64,000 bases of DNA from positions 100,688,001-100,752,000 of the forward strand of contig NC_086373.1 in NCBI RefSeq assembly GCF_036588685.1, written 5' to 3'. The notes under the pieces are model-generated. The model was not told where the DNA came from and did not search any database. It worked only from the letters and a program-made list of their open reading frames with translations. The position numbers and the translations under genes are program-made. Within the stretch, counting starts at the first letter, position 1. Each line of letters starts with the position of its first letter. Shown here piece by piece: positions 11,905 through 23,435 of the stretch. The DNA comes from Mytilus trossulus (lineage: Eukaryota).

Positions 11905-14900
11905 TCATACCACTGGTTCATGGTTGGAATGACTTGTACACCCAAAAGGTTCTTTTTTAGCTACCTGGTAACAACACTTCCAAAGCATTACCGGGTTTGT
12001 TTTGCTGTAGTTTACTGCACGAACTGGTTTTTCAGGGTGAAAACAGCACTCCTCGTTGCCATCTGTAATTGCGGAGTGGCAGTGTTTACATTCTGGTATC
12101 ATGCTTCTTTTGAATCTCTTTGACTGTCTTGGTCTGATATCTCTCATATGATCATTTTCGTACGTCATGAGTCTTGTCTTCATAGTGGTCATTTCCTTTG
12201 TCATAGATCGTATTAGTTCATCTTTATGTTCTATCTGTAATTATAAAATATAAACAATTTTTTCAACTGATTTTTATAGTTCGTTCTTAAGTTGTACTGT
12301 ACACTACTGTCCCAGGTTAGAGGAGGGTTGGGATTCCTCTAACATGTTTAACCCCACCACATTCTGTATATGTGTGCTTGTCCCAAGTCAGAAGCCTGTA
12401 ATTCAGTTGTTGTCGTTTGTTAAAGTGTTCCATATGTGTTTTTTCGTTCATTTTTGTACATAAATTATGCCGTTAGTGTTCTCTTTTAAATTGTTTCACA
12501 TTTGTCATTTCGGTGCCTTTTAAAGCTGACTATGCAGTATGAGATTTGCTCATTGTTGAAGGTCGTTCAGTGACCTATAAGTTCATTATTCTTGTGCCAT
12601 TTGTTAAGAGTTGTCTCATTGGCAATCATGTCACATCTTCTTTTTTATATATTCATACATTTTGTATATATAAACTCCTGTAAGATATACGTGTTCTTGT
12701 TGGTTCAACCATTCTTTTTAAAGCATGTTCTAAACATGTATTGCTTTCCAGGTGTTGACATGTATCGACCTACATCTTCTAAATACATATATTGTGACAC
12801 AGCAATGGTTCCTGCTTTTTTCACTCAATTCCTTTGATGGCATTAATGATGATGCTGACATGCATAGAACCAAGACATGTTATATTTTGAACTCTATCTT
12901 GTACAAGACCGATTCGACAAACATCCTTAACGTGCTAGTCCGCAAGGTCCAAAATACTCGACATTTGATGGAAGTGAACTGATTGGTATACATGTTTGGG
13001 GAAATATGGTTTAATTGGTAAAGTTTGAATTGAACTTTAAACATGCGTTCAATAACTGAGTGAGTACTCCATAATAAACACGTTGTTTCTTGTGTCTGTT
13101 TGTTATGTGTGATGGTGTGATGAATCACACCGTTTCAAACTACATTTAAGCAAGGATTTGTATAGTACTACTAGAAGTCTTTACAAATCCTTAGTTTCAG
13201 TTTGTTCTTATGTTGATTTGTTCGACTCATATCATAAGTTAGAACACGCTTTAGCACACACAAACATGTCCCAATTATAAACTCATAAAATATACCAGTA
13301 TTGTACTCCCTAATTTCGAAAGAATTTTCCAAATACATGTACAGTTAATGTTATCTATCTATGGGGTAGAAAAAGTATTTTGAACAATTCAAAGTTTTGC
13401 AATCAGTTGAATTATTCATTAGAACATATAAATCACAACTCATTTATTTACAGAAGTTCTGTCGACTAGTGTGCCGAGTTAATTTTTTCCAATTTGGTTT
13501 GTGAGAAATAAAATTAAAAAAAATAGACTTTCAAGCAAGCATAATAGACAACTCGCACATTTTTTTTTTAATCGAATTATTTATTACATTTTTTTCTAGA
13601 TCTCATGCTAACAAAAATAAATCAGCAAGGGAATGCGAATCACAGAAAAAAAACTCAACTTCTGTCTTATTTAAATTGGAAGTTTAATTTTAACTAATTA
13701 ACTTGATATAACGACCTGAAAAATATTTCAAATCATATTTTAATATTGTAACGAAACGTTCATTGTACATAAATGTATAAATATTTGCAACGTTTGTAAT
13801 GCAACTGCACCCAATTCTACTTCTAAGTATTAAATATAATACCTGTAGTCTTTGTTTGTGTAAGGTATCGTACATATCGTTAATTCTTTCGTCACATTGA
13901 CTCTGCAGTTCTCTCGTGCCACGTTCATGTCTCTCATTCTGCAAAATATGGCATTAATAAAAAGATGAGCATAAATATGATATCTATGTAAAATAAGTAT
14001 ATATGTGGTATGATTGCCAATGAAACAACTATAAACGAATCCGAATAACGTGGTTGTGAATGACTATAGATGCATATATTGCTTCAACAATGAGCAAAAC
14101 CCATACCATGTAGTCTGCTTTATCAAAACAAAATGAAAAAGTGTGAAACAATTCAAATGAGAAAACCAATATTGTCCTTTTTGTCGTCAAATGAAAATGA
14201 AAATAATTTTAAAAATTAGATATATCCAAAAAAAAAGAAGCTAAAATCAACATAGTAATAAACAATTTACTCCCGACTGCTGTATAAATCCGTACACCTC
14301 CAATGGATTAATTCTGAAGACGCAATAAGCAGTATGATAAAAACATGGTGTACTTCAGGTATAAGTTAAATAGTTGAGAGAAATGGCTGTATGGTCCCCA
14401 ATATGCTAAATGCATAACATAAGAAATAATTGACCACGTTTTAAAAAAATCGAAAAAAGCTAAAAGCATAGATTGTTATTTTTTAATACCAATTGAGTAT
14501 GTTTTTTGCAGTTGAAACATTAGTTTAAAAGTAGTGATATGTTTTATGATATTTTATCAATTCATAATCAAATTGTAAGATTATAAGTTTTCTTGCTGAG
14601 TGTTCAACTTATGTATATTTAGTTAATAGCGTGAGATGTATCTTAAATTATCAATTTGCTTTGACATCGGTTCAATAAGGGAAGAGCTTTATTTGAAAAA
14701 AAAACCTTCATCAGGAGCGAGAATGCCAATTACTAAAATAACAATAGCAAAATTCATTTAACGGTTGGGAGCATCTAGGACACACAACGCGCAGCCAAAT
14801 TCGTCTTAGATTATTGCAAAGGCATGACTACAAGAATAATTTAGTCAAGTAAGGCAATTCTAAGCCTGTTCATTTTAAGGTGAATTATTAACTTAGTATC

Positions 14901-16702
14901 TGAACTCAACTTTGTCGGTACTTATACATCATTCGCTTTCAAATATTCGCCTTTGAGCGTTCATGTTGAATGTGAATCTAGAAAAGAGCTTCCGACGCAT
15001 AAAAATTATGATTTTTTGTTTTCATTTTTTTAGAATTCAATTATAAAAAACACATTACCTCTGTTTCAACAGCATCTTCTAATTCTCTTATTTTCCTTCT
15101 TGCATCTACAATGGCACATTTAAATATTTGAACCAGACATAGATGAAACCAAACACACTCGAGGTGAGCATTGAAGAAAAAGTTGTATTTATTTACCCAT
15201 TAAGCGTTCTTACATCAAAAATAATACATCTAAATATTAAATTGTACTCAGAAGGTTGAAAACACCTTGAGAATAGAAGAGAAAAAAAAGTGCTAAGCAT
15301 AATTTATTTTTGTTTTGAATATTCACTGAAGTTGGCTAAATTTTATTTATTTCTGAGAGGTTATTTTAAGAGTACTGGAGAATAGGGTAGATCAAATATA
15401 AAAAAATGTATACAGTTCTAAGCATTCTTTCTGCTAGAATTGATGTTCTTCAAACTACAAACTTTCAACATTTCAAAATAAGGATTAGGTCGATGCCACT
15501 GCTGGTGGAGATTAATTTCCCCGAGGGTATCACAAGCCCAGTAGTTACCATTTTTTGTGCTGACATGAATTGTCATTGATATGGTTATATTTATAAATTT
15601 ACTGTTTACAATTTTTTTATTTTTTTTGGAATTTCTAAGGCTTTTCTACCTCAGGCATAGATCACCTTAGCTGTATTTGGCAAAACATTTAGGAATTTTG
15701 GTTCTCAATGCTCTTCAACTTCGTACTTTATTTGGTCTTTTTAACTTTTTTTGGATTCGAGCGTCACTGATGAGTCTTTTGTAGACGAAACGCGCGTCTG
15801 GCGTATATACTTAATTTAGTCCTGGTATCTATGATGAGTTTATTAACAACCACTGGGTCGATGCCATTGCTGGTGGAGATGTATTTCCCCGAGGGTATCA
15901 CAAGCCCAGTAGTCAGCACTTTTTGTGCTGACATGAATTGTCATTGATATGGTTATATTCATAAATTCACTGTTTACAAATTTTTGAATTTTTAGAATAA
16001 CTAAGGCTTTTCTACCTCAGGCATAGATCGCCTTAGCTGTATTTGGCAAAACTTTTAGGAATTTTGGTTCGCAATGCTCTTCAACTTCGTACTTTATTTA
16101 GCCTTTTGAACATTTTTGGATTCGAGCTTCACTGATGAGTCCTTTGTAGACGAAACGCGCGTCTGGCGTATATACTAAATTTAGTCCTGGTATCTATGAT
16201 GAGTTTATTTATATACAAGTGTATATTAAAAAAAATCACACAACACCATCCATCATTAAAAGAGGTTTCATAGTTCATGGCTGTGTAACCATCTTTTTAG
16301 ATATACTCACCAATGTAGATTCAACTCTGCTACACTTTATATAGTTCTCAGTTCTGAGTATTTGTGTTTTGTATTTTGGCATGGGTGTTTTCTGACATTC
16401 TTCAAAATACTTATTTGTTAGTTTAAATCTAGATGATTCTTACTCTTGACAAGAAATATCTTTACCATCATTATATATTATTTACCATTATTTTCGCGTT
16501 TTAACGTCAATGTTTGATGCTGTAGTTCATCGTTCTTATTTTCCAAATCATATTTTTCTTCTCTTAATGAATTGGCTATTGCACACAGTTGTTCCAGGTC
16601 TGCAATTGATGTAGGCTCTGTGTTTCCAATGTATATACCAGTTGCCTCCGTTCTATGCGAGACTTCCTCCCTATCCTGATCGGAATCGGGGGAATTATTC
16701 AT
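11905..16702 (-). CDS. 229-aa coiled-coil protein with a C-terminal CHORD/Btk-like Cys/His zinc-binding module
   Basis: Four phase-compatible GT-AG exons: 16702-16486, 15105-15059, 13938-13843, 12234-11905 (690 nt). Heptad-rich central region; C-terminus CKHC-x9-CCFHPEKP-x12-LWKCC-x9-GC-x4-NH. Confidence 0.8.
12243..12650. repeat. Mytilus-type dispersed repeat (consensus end gagttgtctcattggcaatcataccacatcttctttttt); other copies at ~14000-14170, 24380-24447, 33545-33740, 39003-39177, 39573-39762, 40022-40170, 42647-42790, 46365-46560
   Basis: Recurrent gctcattgttgaaggccgtacggtgacctata / gttgtctcattggca.tca.accacatcttc segments in both orientations. Confidence 0.8.
15761..15804 (+). ncRNA. 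Minimal type I hammerhead ribozyme, canonical
   Basis: gcgtca-CTGATGA-gtct tttgt agac-GAAAC-gcgc-GTC-tggcgt; predicted cleavage after 15798. Confidence 0.9.
16126..16169 (+). ncRNA. Minimal type I hammerhead ribozyme, core intact
   Basis: gcttca-CTGATGA-gtcc tttgt agac-GAAAC-gcgc-GTC-tggcgt; one mismatch each in stems I and II. Confidence 0.85.
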
Positions 16703-16985
16703 TGGCCTATGAAATATAATACAAAATATTGAGTATTTAAATCGATGACTTCACAAGTCAACATAAAGATAATTTGTCATTCAAGATCTTTCAATTAAAA
16801 CTGTTTTAAAGAGGTAAGTTACTGCTGAGACTACTATAACACATGTGTTATAGTAATCTCAGGTTACTGACATGATACACATAATGAATTCATACGCCAT
16901 ACACGGATTACGTTTTGTATTCGTGGACAAATTGCAAGGTCTACAGTAGATAACGTGCAGGGCGGTTGGTCATAAGACTTTTCCC

Positions 16986-17131
16986 CATGGGTTCGTTCAA
17001 TATCGTAGCGGCTACGTAGTGCTACGTAGATTTTGACTTTTGAAAGTGTAGCTATAGACTAGTTGTTACATAGATACTGACAGCAGCTACGTAACCGCTA
17101 CGTAGATTCTACGATATTGAACTCAACCCTG
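16986..17131. mobile_element. Small MITE with internal ctacgtag repeats
   Basis: Inverted ends gttcaatatcgtag / ctacgatattgaac. Confidence 0.6.
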
Positions 17132-19204
17132 TACATATAAATGAAAATGTTAATATATATTGCAAGCTGTAAATGAGTTTATGTTGCGACATATGTTCAT
17201 AACATATGAAACTACAGAAATAAGCTGAAATATTTGTTATTTTGGGGTGTATACTGCATATTTCATGTTTATCATATTCTTTCAGTTTTTGTCGTCACAA
17301 AATTAACAAAATTGAATTTTGTCTCACACAATTGACTTTTGTGTTTTAATTTCCATATCAGGTAACAAAAGTCAATTGTGTATGCAAATAAGTTCCTTTT
17401 TGACAAAAATTGACTCAGTTTGTCATGACAAAAATGAATTTTGTCTACAAAAATGAATTTTGTCATCAGAAATTTGATGTTCACATAAAACAAGTCTGTA
17501 TCACATAGTTTTGTAAGACAAAAATGATTTTGTTATGGCAGTATTGAATTTTGTACAAAACACAAGAGTCCCATTCGGCGCCCCGTAATAGGTACCATAT
17601 AACATATGTTAGTCCGAGTTTACTCTGACTTGTGATGGCTTCTTTATTGGAGGGTTGCACCCATAAAGTCCTAACACAAAGCAGTCAGACGTTCGAGCAA
17701 TATCGGACTTTAGTATAATATGTCTTTCTTCAGTTTTGACACTTATTTATAAATTGCAAGTCACATGACGAAATTGTTTTTCCGTAATATGAGAAGTATA
17801 CCAATTGTTTGACAATACGTACGTCATAATTTTTTTTATTGATTTTTAAAATCATTCAAGGGTTTTATTATTTCTATTATATATACATATGTGTGTGTGT
17901 TAAACAAATTAAAGGTATCACTAACAAGTTTTACTTGTAAACGAAGACGAAAATCCTCACAAACATTATCTGACCTAAATTTTAATACTCATACAAGTCA
18001 TATTAAATTTCAGCTTGATACTGATTAAATATCTATTTTACATTTATATTATATATTAATGTCTGTTTCATTCTCTTTTTTTAAGGAAGACATACTAATG
18101 TGGTCAATATATTCTTTCTTTCACATAAGGATACCAACTACTGTAGTATTGTTTATATGTTATTATGGAATTAAAGTACCATACGAAAGACAAATTGATA
18201 TTATATTGAAAAGAACGAATTTCGATATTTTTCTTTCATGCATATTTTATAATTTCATGGTTTTAACGTTAAATACTTACCTTTTTATTTTAATCCAATG
18301 TCCTTTGTGTAAACTCGGTTACCTCCGTCGAAATAATGGAAATTTCCACACGTCACGTGAAAGTAAAGTTTTGTCAACCAATAAACTTTCCTGATAAGTT
18401 CATTATTCATTTCTAAAAATGATGTAATAATTTGAGTTTCATTTATATCGAAATTGTAATAAATATGCACCCAGACATCAATTCTTTCTTGTCTTATAAC
18501 TTCCTTTTTTCGTAAGGAAAGGCCACACGAGAATGTAGGTAACAGGGAAACATCAACGATACATTTCCGCGCAAATGTTTGCATATTCAGTTCCACTAGA
18601 TTTTTTTCTTCATTTAATTTATCGAATAAGCACATGCTAAACATACAAAAAATAATCCCCCTGAAATGTATCTCTTTGGTTTGTCTAACCATGGTTAACT
18701 CCTACACACACTAAGTCCCAACGATCATTTTTAACAAACTTTTTTAAGATCCTTCAGCAGTCATTGACTGTTTTAGAGAACATAAGTTACTAGCGTTTGT
18801 CAGATATGCAAGATTTCAATGGAACTAGCAGAACTAGCAGCAATTAAGATTGGTGTGGTAGCGCTGTTCTCATTTTATTTTGTATCATAGGTTTTCATAG
18901 TTTGAACATTGTTACAGTTCGGCAAAAGCCTTATTTAATATATTCATACAACCTTTAATAAAACAAAGCAAAGAACAAGATATTTACCAGGTAAACCTTG
19001 GGTAAGGTTAATTGTGAAGGGGTGTTCCAAAGGAATCTCTGATACTGGTAACGAAGCACTTCGGTACGACACCCTCCTTCAAGAATGGTACAGCTACCAT
19101 TGGTGTATATAAAAAAGGGCGATTCCAAGCTCAAGTCTACGGAGACAGTTATAAGATTAAGGTACGGGACGTTCATATTGATTTCAAGATCGTTGTCTCT
19201 TAAT

Positions 19205-19870
19205 ATATAGTTATCAAAGGTGCCAGGATTATAATATTATGCGCCAGATGCACGTTTCGTCTACATAAAGACTCATCGGTGACACTTAGATCAAAATAGT
19301 TATAAAGCAAAACAGGACCAAAAATTTCAAAATATTGTACCAATTACGGCTAAAGTAATCCGCTTTTCCTAGGATAAGAAAATCCTTAGTTTTCTAAAAA
19401 AAATCAAAGTTCAGTAACAGGAAATTTATAACAATTACCATATCATTCATATTTGTGTCAACACCGAGGTCACAGAGACTTGTCTCAGAAAACAATATTC
19501 TTATAAACCTTAATATGTAGAGAACAAATTCTGAGTCAATTGCCTGTGACCGAAGTGCTGACTACTGGGCTGGTGATACCCTCGGGGACGAAACGTCTAC
19601 CAGCAGTGACATCGACCCAGTGGTGTAAATAAGTATTTAGAAAAGAACCAGAATTATAATGTTATACGCCAAATGCACGTTTCGTTTACATAAGACTCAT
19701 CAGTGACGCTAAGATCAAAATAGTTATAAAGCTAAACAAGTACAAAGTTGAAAAGCATTCAGGAACTAAAATTCCAAAACATTGTGTCAAATACGGCTAA
19801 AGTAATCTATTCCTGGGATAAGAAAAATCATTGGTTTTTCGAAAAATTCAAAGTTAAGTAACAGGACAAA
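19205..19870 (-). mobile_element. Older retrozyme dimer with degenerate hammerheads (19241-19285, 19666-19710), interrupted by an ~80-bp TIR element
   Basis: CCGATGA...GAAACgtgcATC and CTGATGA...GAAACgtgcATT; insert ggtcacagagacttgtctcagaa...ttctgagtcaattgcctgtgacc at ~19468-19550. Confidence 0.75.
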
Positions 19871-20247
19871 TTTTTAATAGTACAAATGTGTACCAGTTGA
19901 ATATATTTTAAGTAGAGAAGTGAGATAGTTCATCAGAGAATGCAAAGTTTACTTGTTATATAATTTGTAAATAGAACATTTTGGACCAAGCATCAAACTA
20001 GTTACGAATCTATTCGAAAACGGAAATAGCTCATTATTTGAGGAAAAGTCAGACACATTAAATAAATGGTTGTACAATCTACATATAGAATCACCTGGTA
20101 CCTTTGATAACGATTGTTCCCATAAAACAAGTTTCAAATAACTGTCAGCCACCTATAAGTTTATTCATTTTGTTGTTTGTTAATACCAAACCTGAATTTT
20201 AACTAGAGACATTGTGATTGGCAGTCGCCAATGCAGTTTCTTAATTC

Positions 20248-21633
20248 AACAAGAGGCTCTCAAGAGCCTGAATCGCTCACCTTAATATTTTTGGTTAAAT
20301 CTCTCATCAATGATTATTTTGGCTTTTCAATTTATTTAAATGTTCTTTGAATCGTCCTATTTTCTTCAAAAGCAAAAAAAAAATCATTTTCTCCTATGTT
20401 CTATTTTAGCCATAGCAGCAATGTTTCTTGACATACAAGGAAATAAAATATTAAATTTATACTAGATACTCTGAAACTCATTTAGCCTAAGTTTGGCTGA
20501 AATTGGTACAGCAGTTTCAAAGGAGAAGATTTTTTAAAGTAAGTCAACATGATGAACAAATTGTGAAAAAAGTCTTTAAAGGGCAATAACTCCTTAAGGG
20601 GTCAATTGACAATTTTAGTCAAATTGACTTATTTGTAGATCTTACTTTGCTTAACATTTTTGCTATTAACAGTTTATCTGTATCTATAATAATATTCAAG
20701 ATAATAACCAAAAACTGCAAAATTTCTTTAAAATCATCAATTCAGGGGCATTATACCTAAAAACCAGTTACCCAATTCGGCTGAAAATTTTAGGACATGT
20801 AGACCTTGACCTAATAAATACTTTAACTTCTTGTCTTATTTGCTCTAAATGCTGGAGTTTTTGAGATATAAGCCAAAAACTGCATTTCACCCTGTGTTCT
20901 ATTTTTAGCCATGACGGCCATGTTTTTTGACGAAATAGAAAATAAAACACAAATTTTATTTAATACACCCTACTGATCATTTAGTTGAAGTTTGGTTGAA
21001 TTTAGTTGAGTAGTTTTAGAGGAGAAGATTTTTTATTTAAAGTTAGCAAATATGATAAACAAATTGTGAAAAATTGTAATTAGAAGGACAATTAACCCTA
21101 AAGGGGTCAATTGACAATTTTGGTCATATCAACTTATTTGTAGATCTTACTTTGCTTATCATATTTGCTGTTTACAGCTTATCTTTATCTATAATAATAT
21201 TCAAGATAATGACCAAAATATGCAAAATTTCCTTAAAATTACCAATTAAGTGGCAGCAACCCAACAATGGGTTGTTTGATTCATCTGAAAATTTCAGGGC
21301 TGATACATCTTGACCTAATGAACATTTTTACCCCTTGTCAGATTTGCTCTAAATGCTTTCGTTTTTGAGATATAAGCCAAAAACTGTATTTGACCCCTTT
21401 GTTCTATTTTGAGCAATGGCGACCATGTTTGTTGAAAAATCAAAACTTCGGATACAATTTATTAACTAGATACCCTAAGGAACATTCAGTTAAAGTTTGG
21501 AAGTATTTGGCCTAGTAGTTTCAGAGGAGAAGATTCTTGAAATAGTTTACGACGACAGACGACGACAGACGATGACGGACGCCAAGTGATGGCATAAGCT
21601 TACATGGCCCTTTGGGCCAGGTGAGCTAAAAAA
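20248..21633 (+). mobile_element. Non-autonomous Helentron-like element (HINE/pearl-type) with internal ~500-bp repeats
   Basis: 5' aacaagaggctctcaagagcctgaatcgctcacct; 3' (gac/acag) microsatellite, hairpin tggccctttgggcca, then aggtgagc (inverted relative to gctcacct) and an A-run. Confidence 0.75.
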
Positions 21634-22624
21634 ATGAAATTTCTGAATGTTATAATTTTTAATATTGCAAACTATTGTTTCCGTTGTTAGTGCCTTCATT
21701 GTCTGAGTTATAATGAACCTGTGACTTATATAAGTTAGTGTTATAGTAGTCTTAGAATGAGCCATACATATATTGACTGGATATGTGTGGCAGTAAATAA
21801 TACCTCAGTCCTGCAGAACATTCTGACTGTCACCCAAGATAGTTTATATCAGACTGGTCAACTAAATGTATTCAGTTTTAGTCTATTTGCTTTCAATTAT
21901 TAACAATGCACCAACTAGATTTTCCGTTGAGACTACTATAACACATGTTTTATAGTAGTTTTCAGGATGGAATAAATACAGGGGTAAATAAAAACAATCA
22001 AAGCGCTGTAAGCACTGTAGGCAGTTAACCAAAAACCAAGGCAAACATAATTATGAAAACTGTGGCAATGTTGCTTCAACTTTTTTTTAAAGATTTAAAA
22101 GAACAAACATTAAACATTCATATATAATTGTACATTTATGTTTATTTAATGAATTAATCATTAAGGCAAATAATTCATATTTTATCAAGGTTTTCAATAG
22201 CAACGCACATAATCACGAATGGTCATGAGTCTTTCATGAGTCAGCAGTGGTACAAATTTGCAATGATTGCAGTTCTTCTAGTTGATCGTAATTGTTCGTA
22301 TTAGTTGACTGTTAGTAGTTCAGGATGACTTTAGTACGAGCTTGTAAAAGTATGAATGGACTTGCTTCCCTGGAAAGAAAACTGAGTTTGTGTTGTACAG
22401 TACAAAAGTTATGAGACACAAATCAGACAAATGTTTACTACTACAGGGATCAATGGTGAGGTCTGACTGACCTGTCAATAGTAAATGTAAATGACTCCCA
22501 CCTTCACCCCAAGTCCATGATGTCTAAGTTTGGAATAAAATGACAGGTGTTAGGGTCTAGCAAAGTGAAATGCATATGTGTCGCATATGAGATTGACCTT
22601 GTATGTCAATCAATCTTTTTTGAA

Positions 22625-23435
22625 ATGACAAACAGGAATGAATATGGTTTAGGCGTTGGTCTCCCAATCTTATAAAAGTTCTCAAAACTCACACAAGAGG
22701 GGTGTGGGGTGACCCTAAGGACTATCCCTATTTTTCATTTGATTTTTTATATTGTCCCATATATGAATATATATGGTTTATGGGTGGGGATCTCGGCCGT
22801 TATCAAGTTTTCAAACAGGAGGGGGTGGGGGGGGGGTGGGGGGCCCCAGTGACTTCCCCTATATTTCATTTGATTTGTTATATTGTCCAATACATGAATA
22901 TATATGTTTGAGGGGTGGGGATCTCATCTGTTTCTAAGTTATCAAACAGGAGTGGGAAGAGTGACCCTAAGGACTCTCCCTATACATGTAAAATATTTCA
23001 TTTGAGTAGTTCTCATACATGAATATATATGGTTTAATTTAAAAGTGGGGAACTCAACTGTTTCCAATTTCTCAATCAGTTGACTGCAGGAACTCCCCCT
23101 ATATTTCATTTAATTTAGAGTTTGGGGATCCCAACGGTTTTAAAGTTCTTCAACATGGAGGTAGGGTGACAACAGGGACTTCCCCTATATTTCATTTGAT
23201 TTGTTATATACTTAGAAGTCTTATATATGAGTATATATGGTTAAGGGGTGATGATCTCGAATGTTTCCAAGTTCTCAAACAGGAGGGTGTACAGTGACCA
23301 TAGGGACCCCCTTATAATTCATTTGATTTGTAATATTGTCCCATACAAATATATATATATTGTTTAATTGTGGATCTCGTCCATTATAAATTCTCAACAG
23401 AAAGGTGTAGAGTGGCCCCATGAACTCCACCTATT
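22625..23435. repeat. Degenerate ~110-120-bp tandem repeat; a further unit at ~24300-24378
   Basis: Recurrent caaacaggaggg...cccctatatttcatttgattt...catacatgaatatatatggttt...ggggatctc. Confidence 0.7.

Larger units (their letters stand above)
15488..16210 (+). mobile_element. Non-LTR retrozyme dimer (365-nt unit) with two hammerheads
   Basis: Two highly similar tandem units; GUC cleavage sites end at 15798 and 16163, 365 nt apart. Confidence 0.9.

Noticed and set aside
14950-15000. Possible ninth hammerhead (gagcgttcatgttgaa...gaaaagagcttccgacgc)
   Set aside because: The CUGANGA core is destroyed; too degenerate to call.
16311-16428. Possible extra exon of the coiled-coil gene (good gtgagt donor)
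   Set aside because: No acceptor/phase combination I tried keeps the frame open into the next exon.
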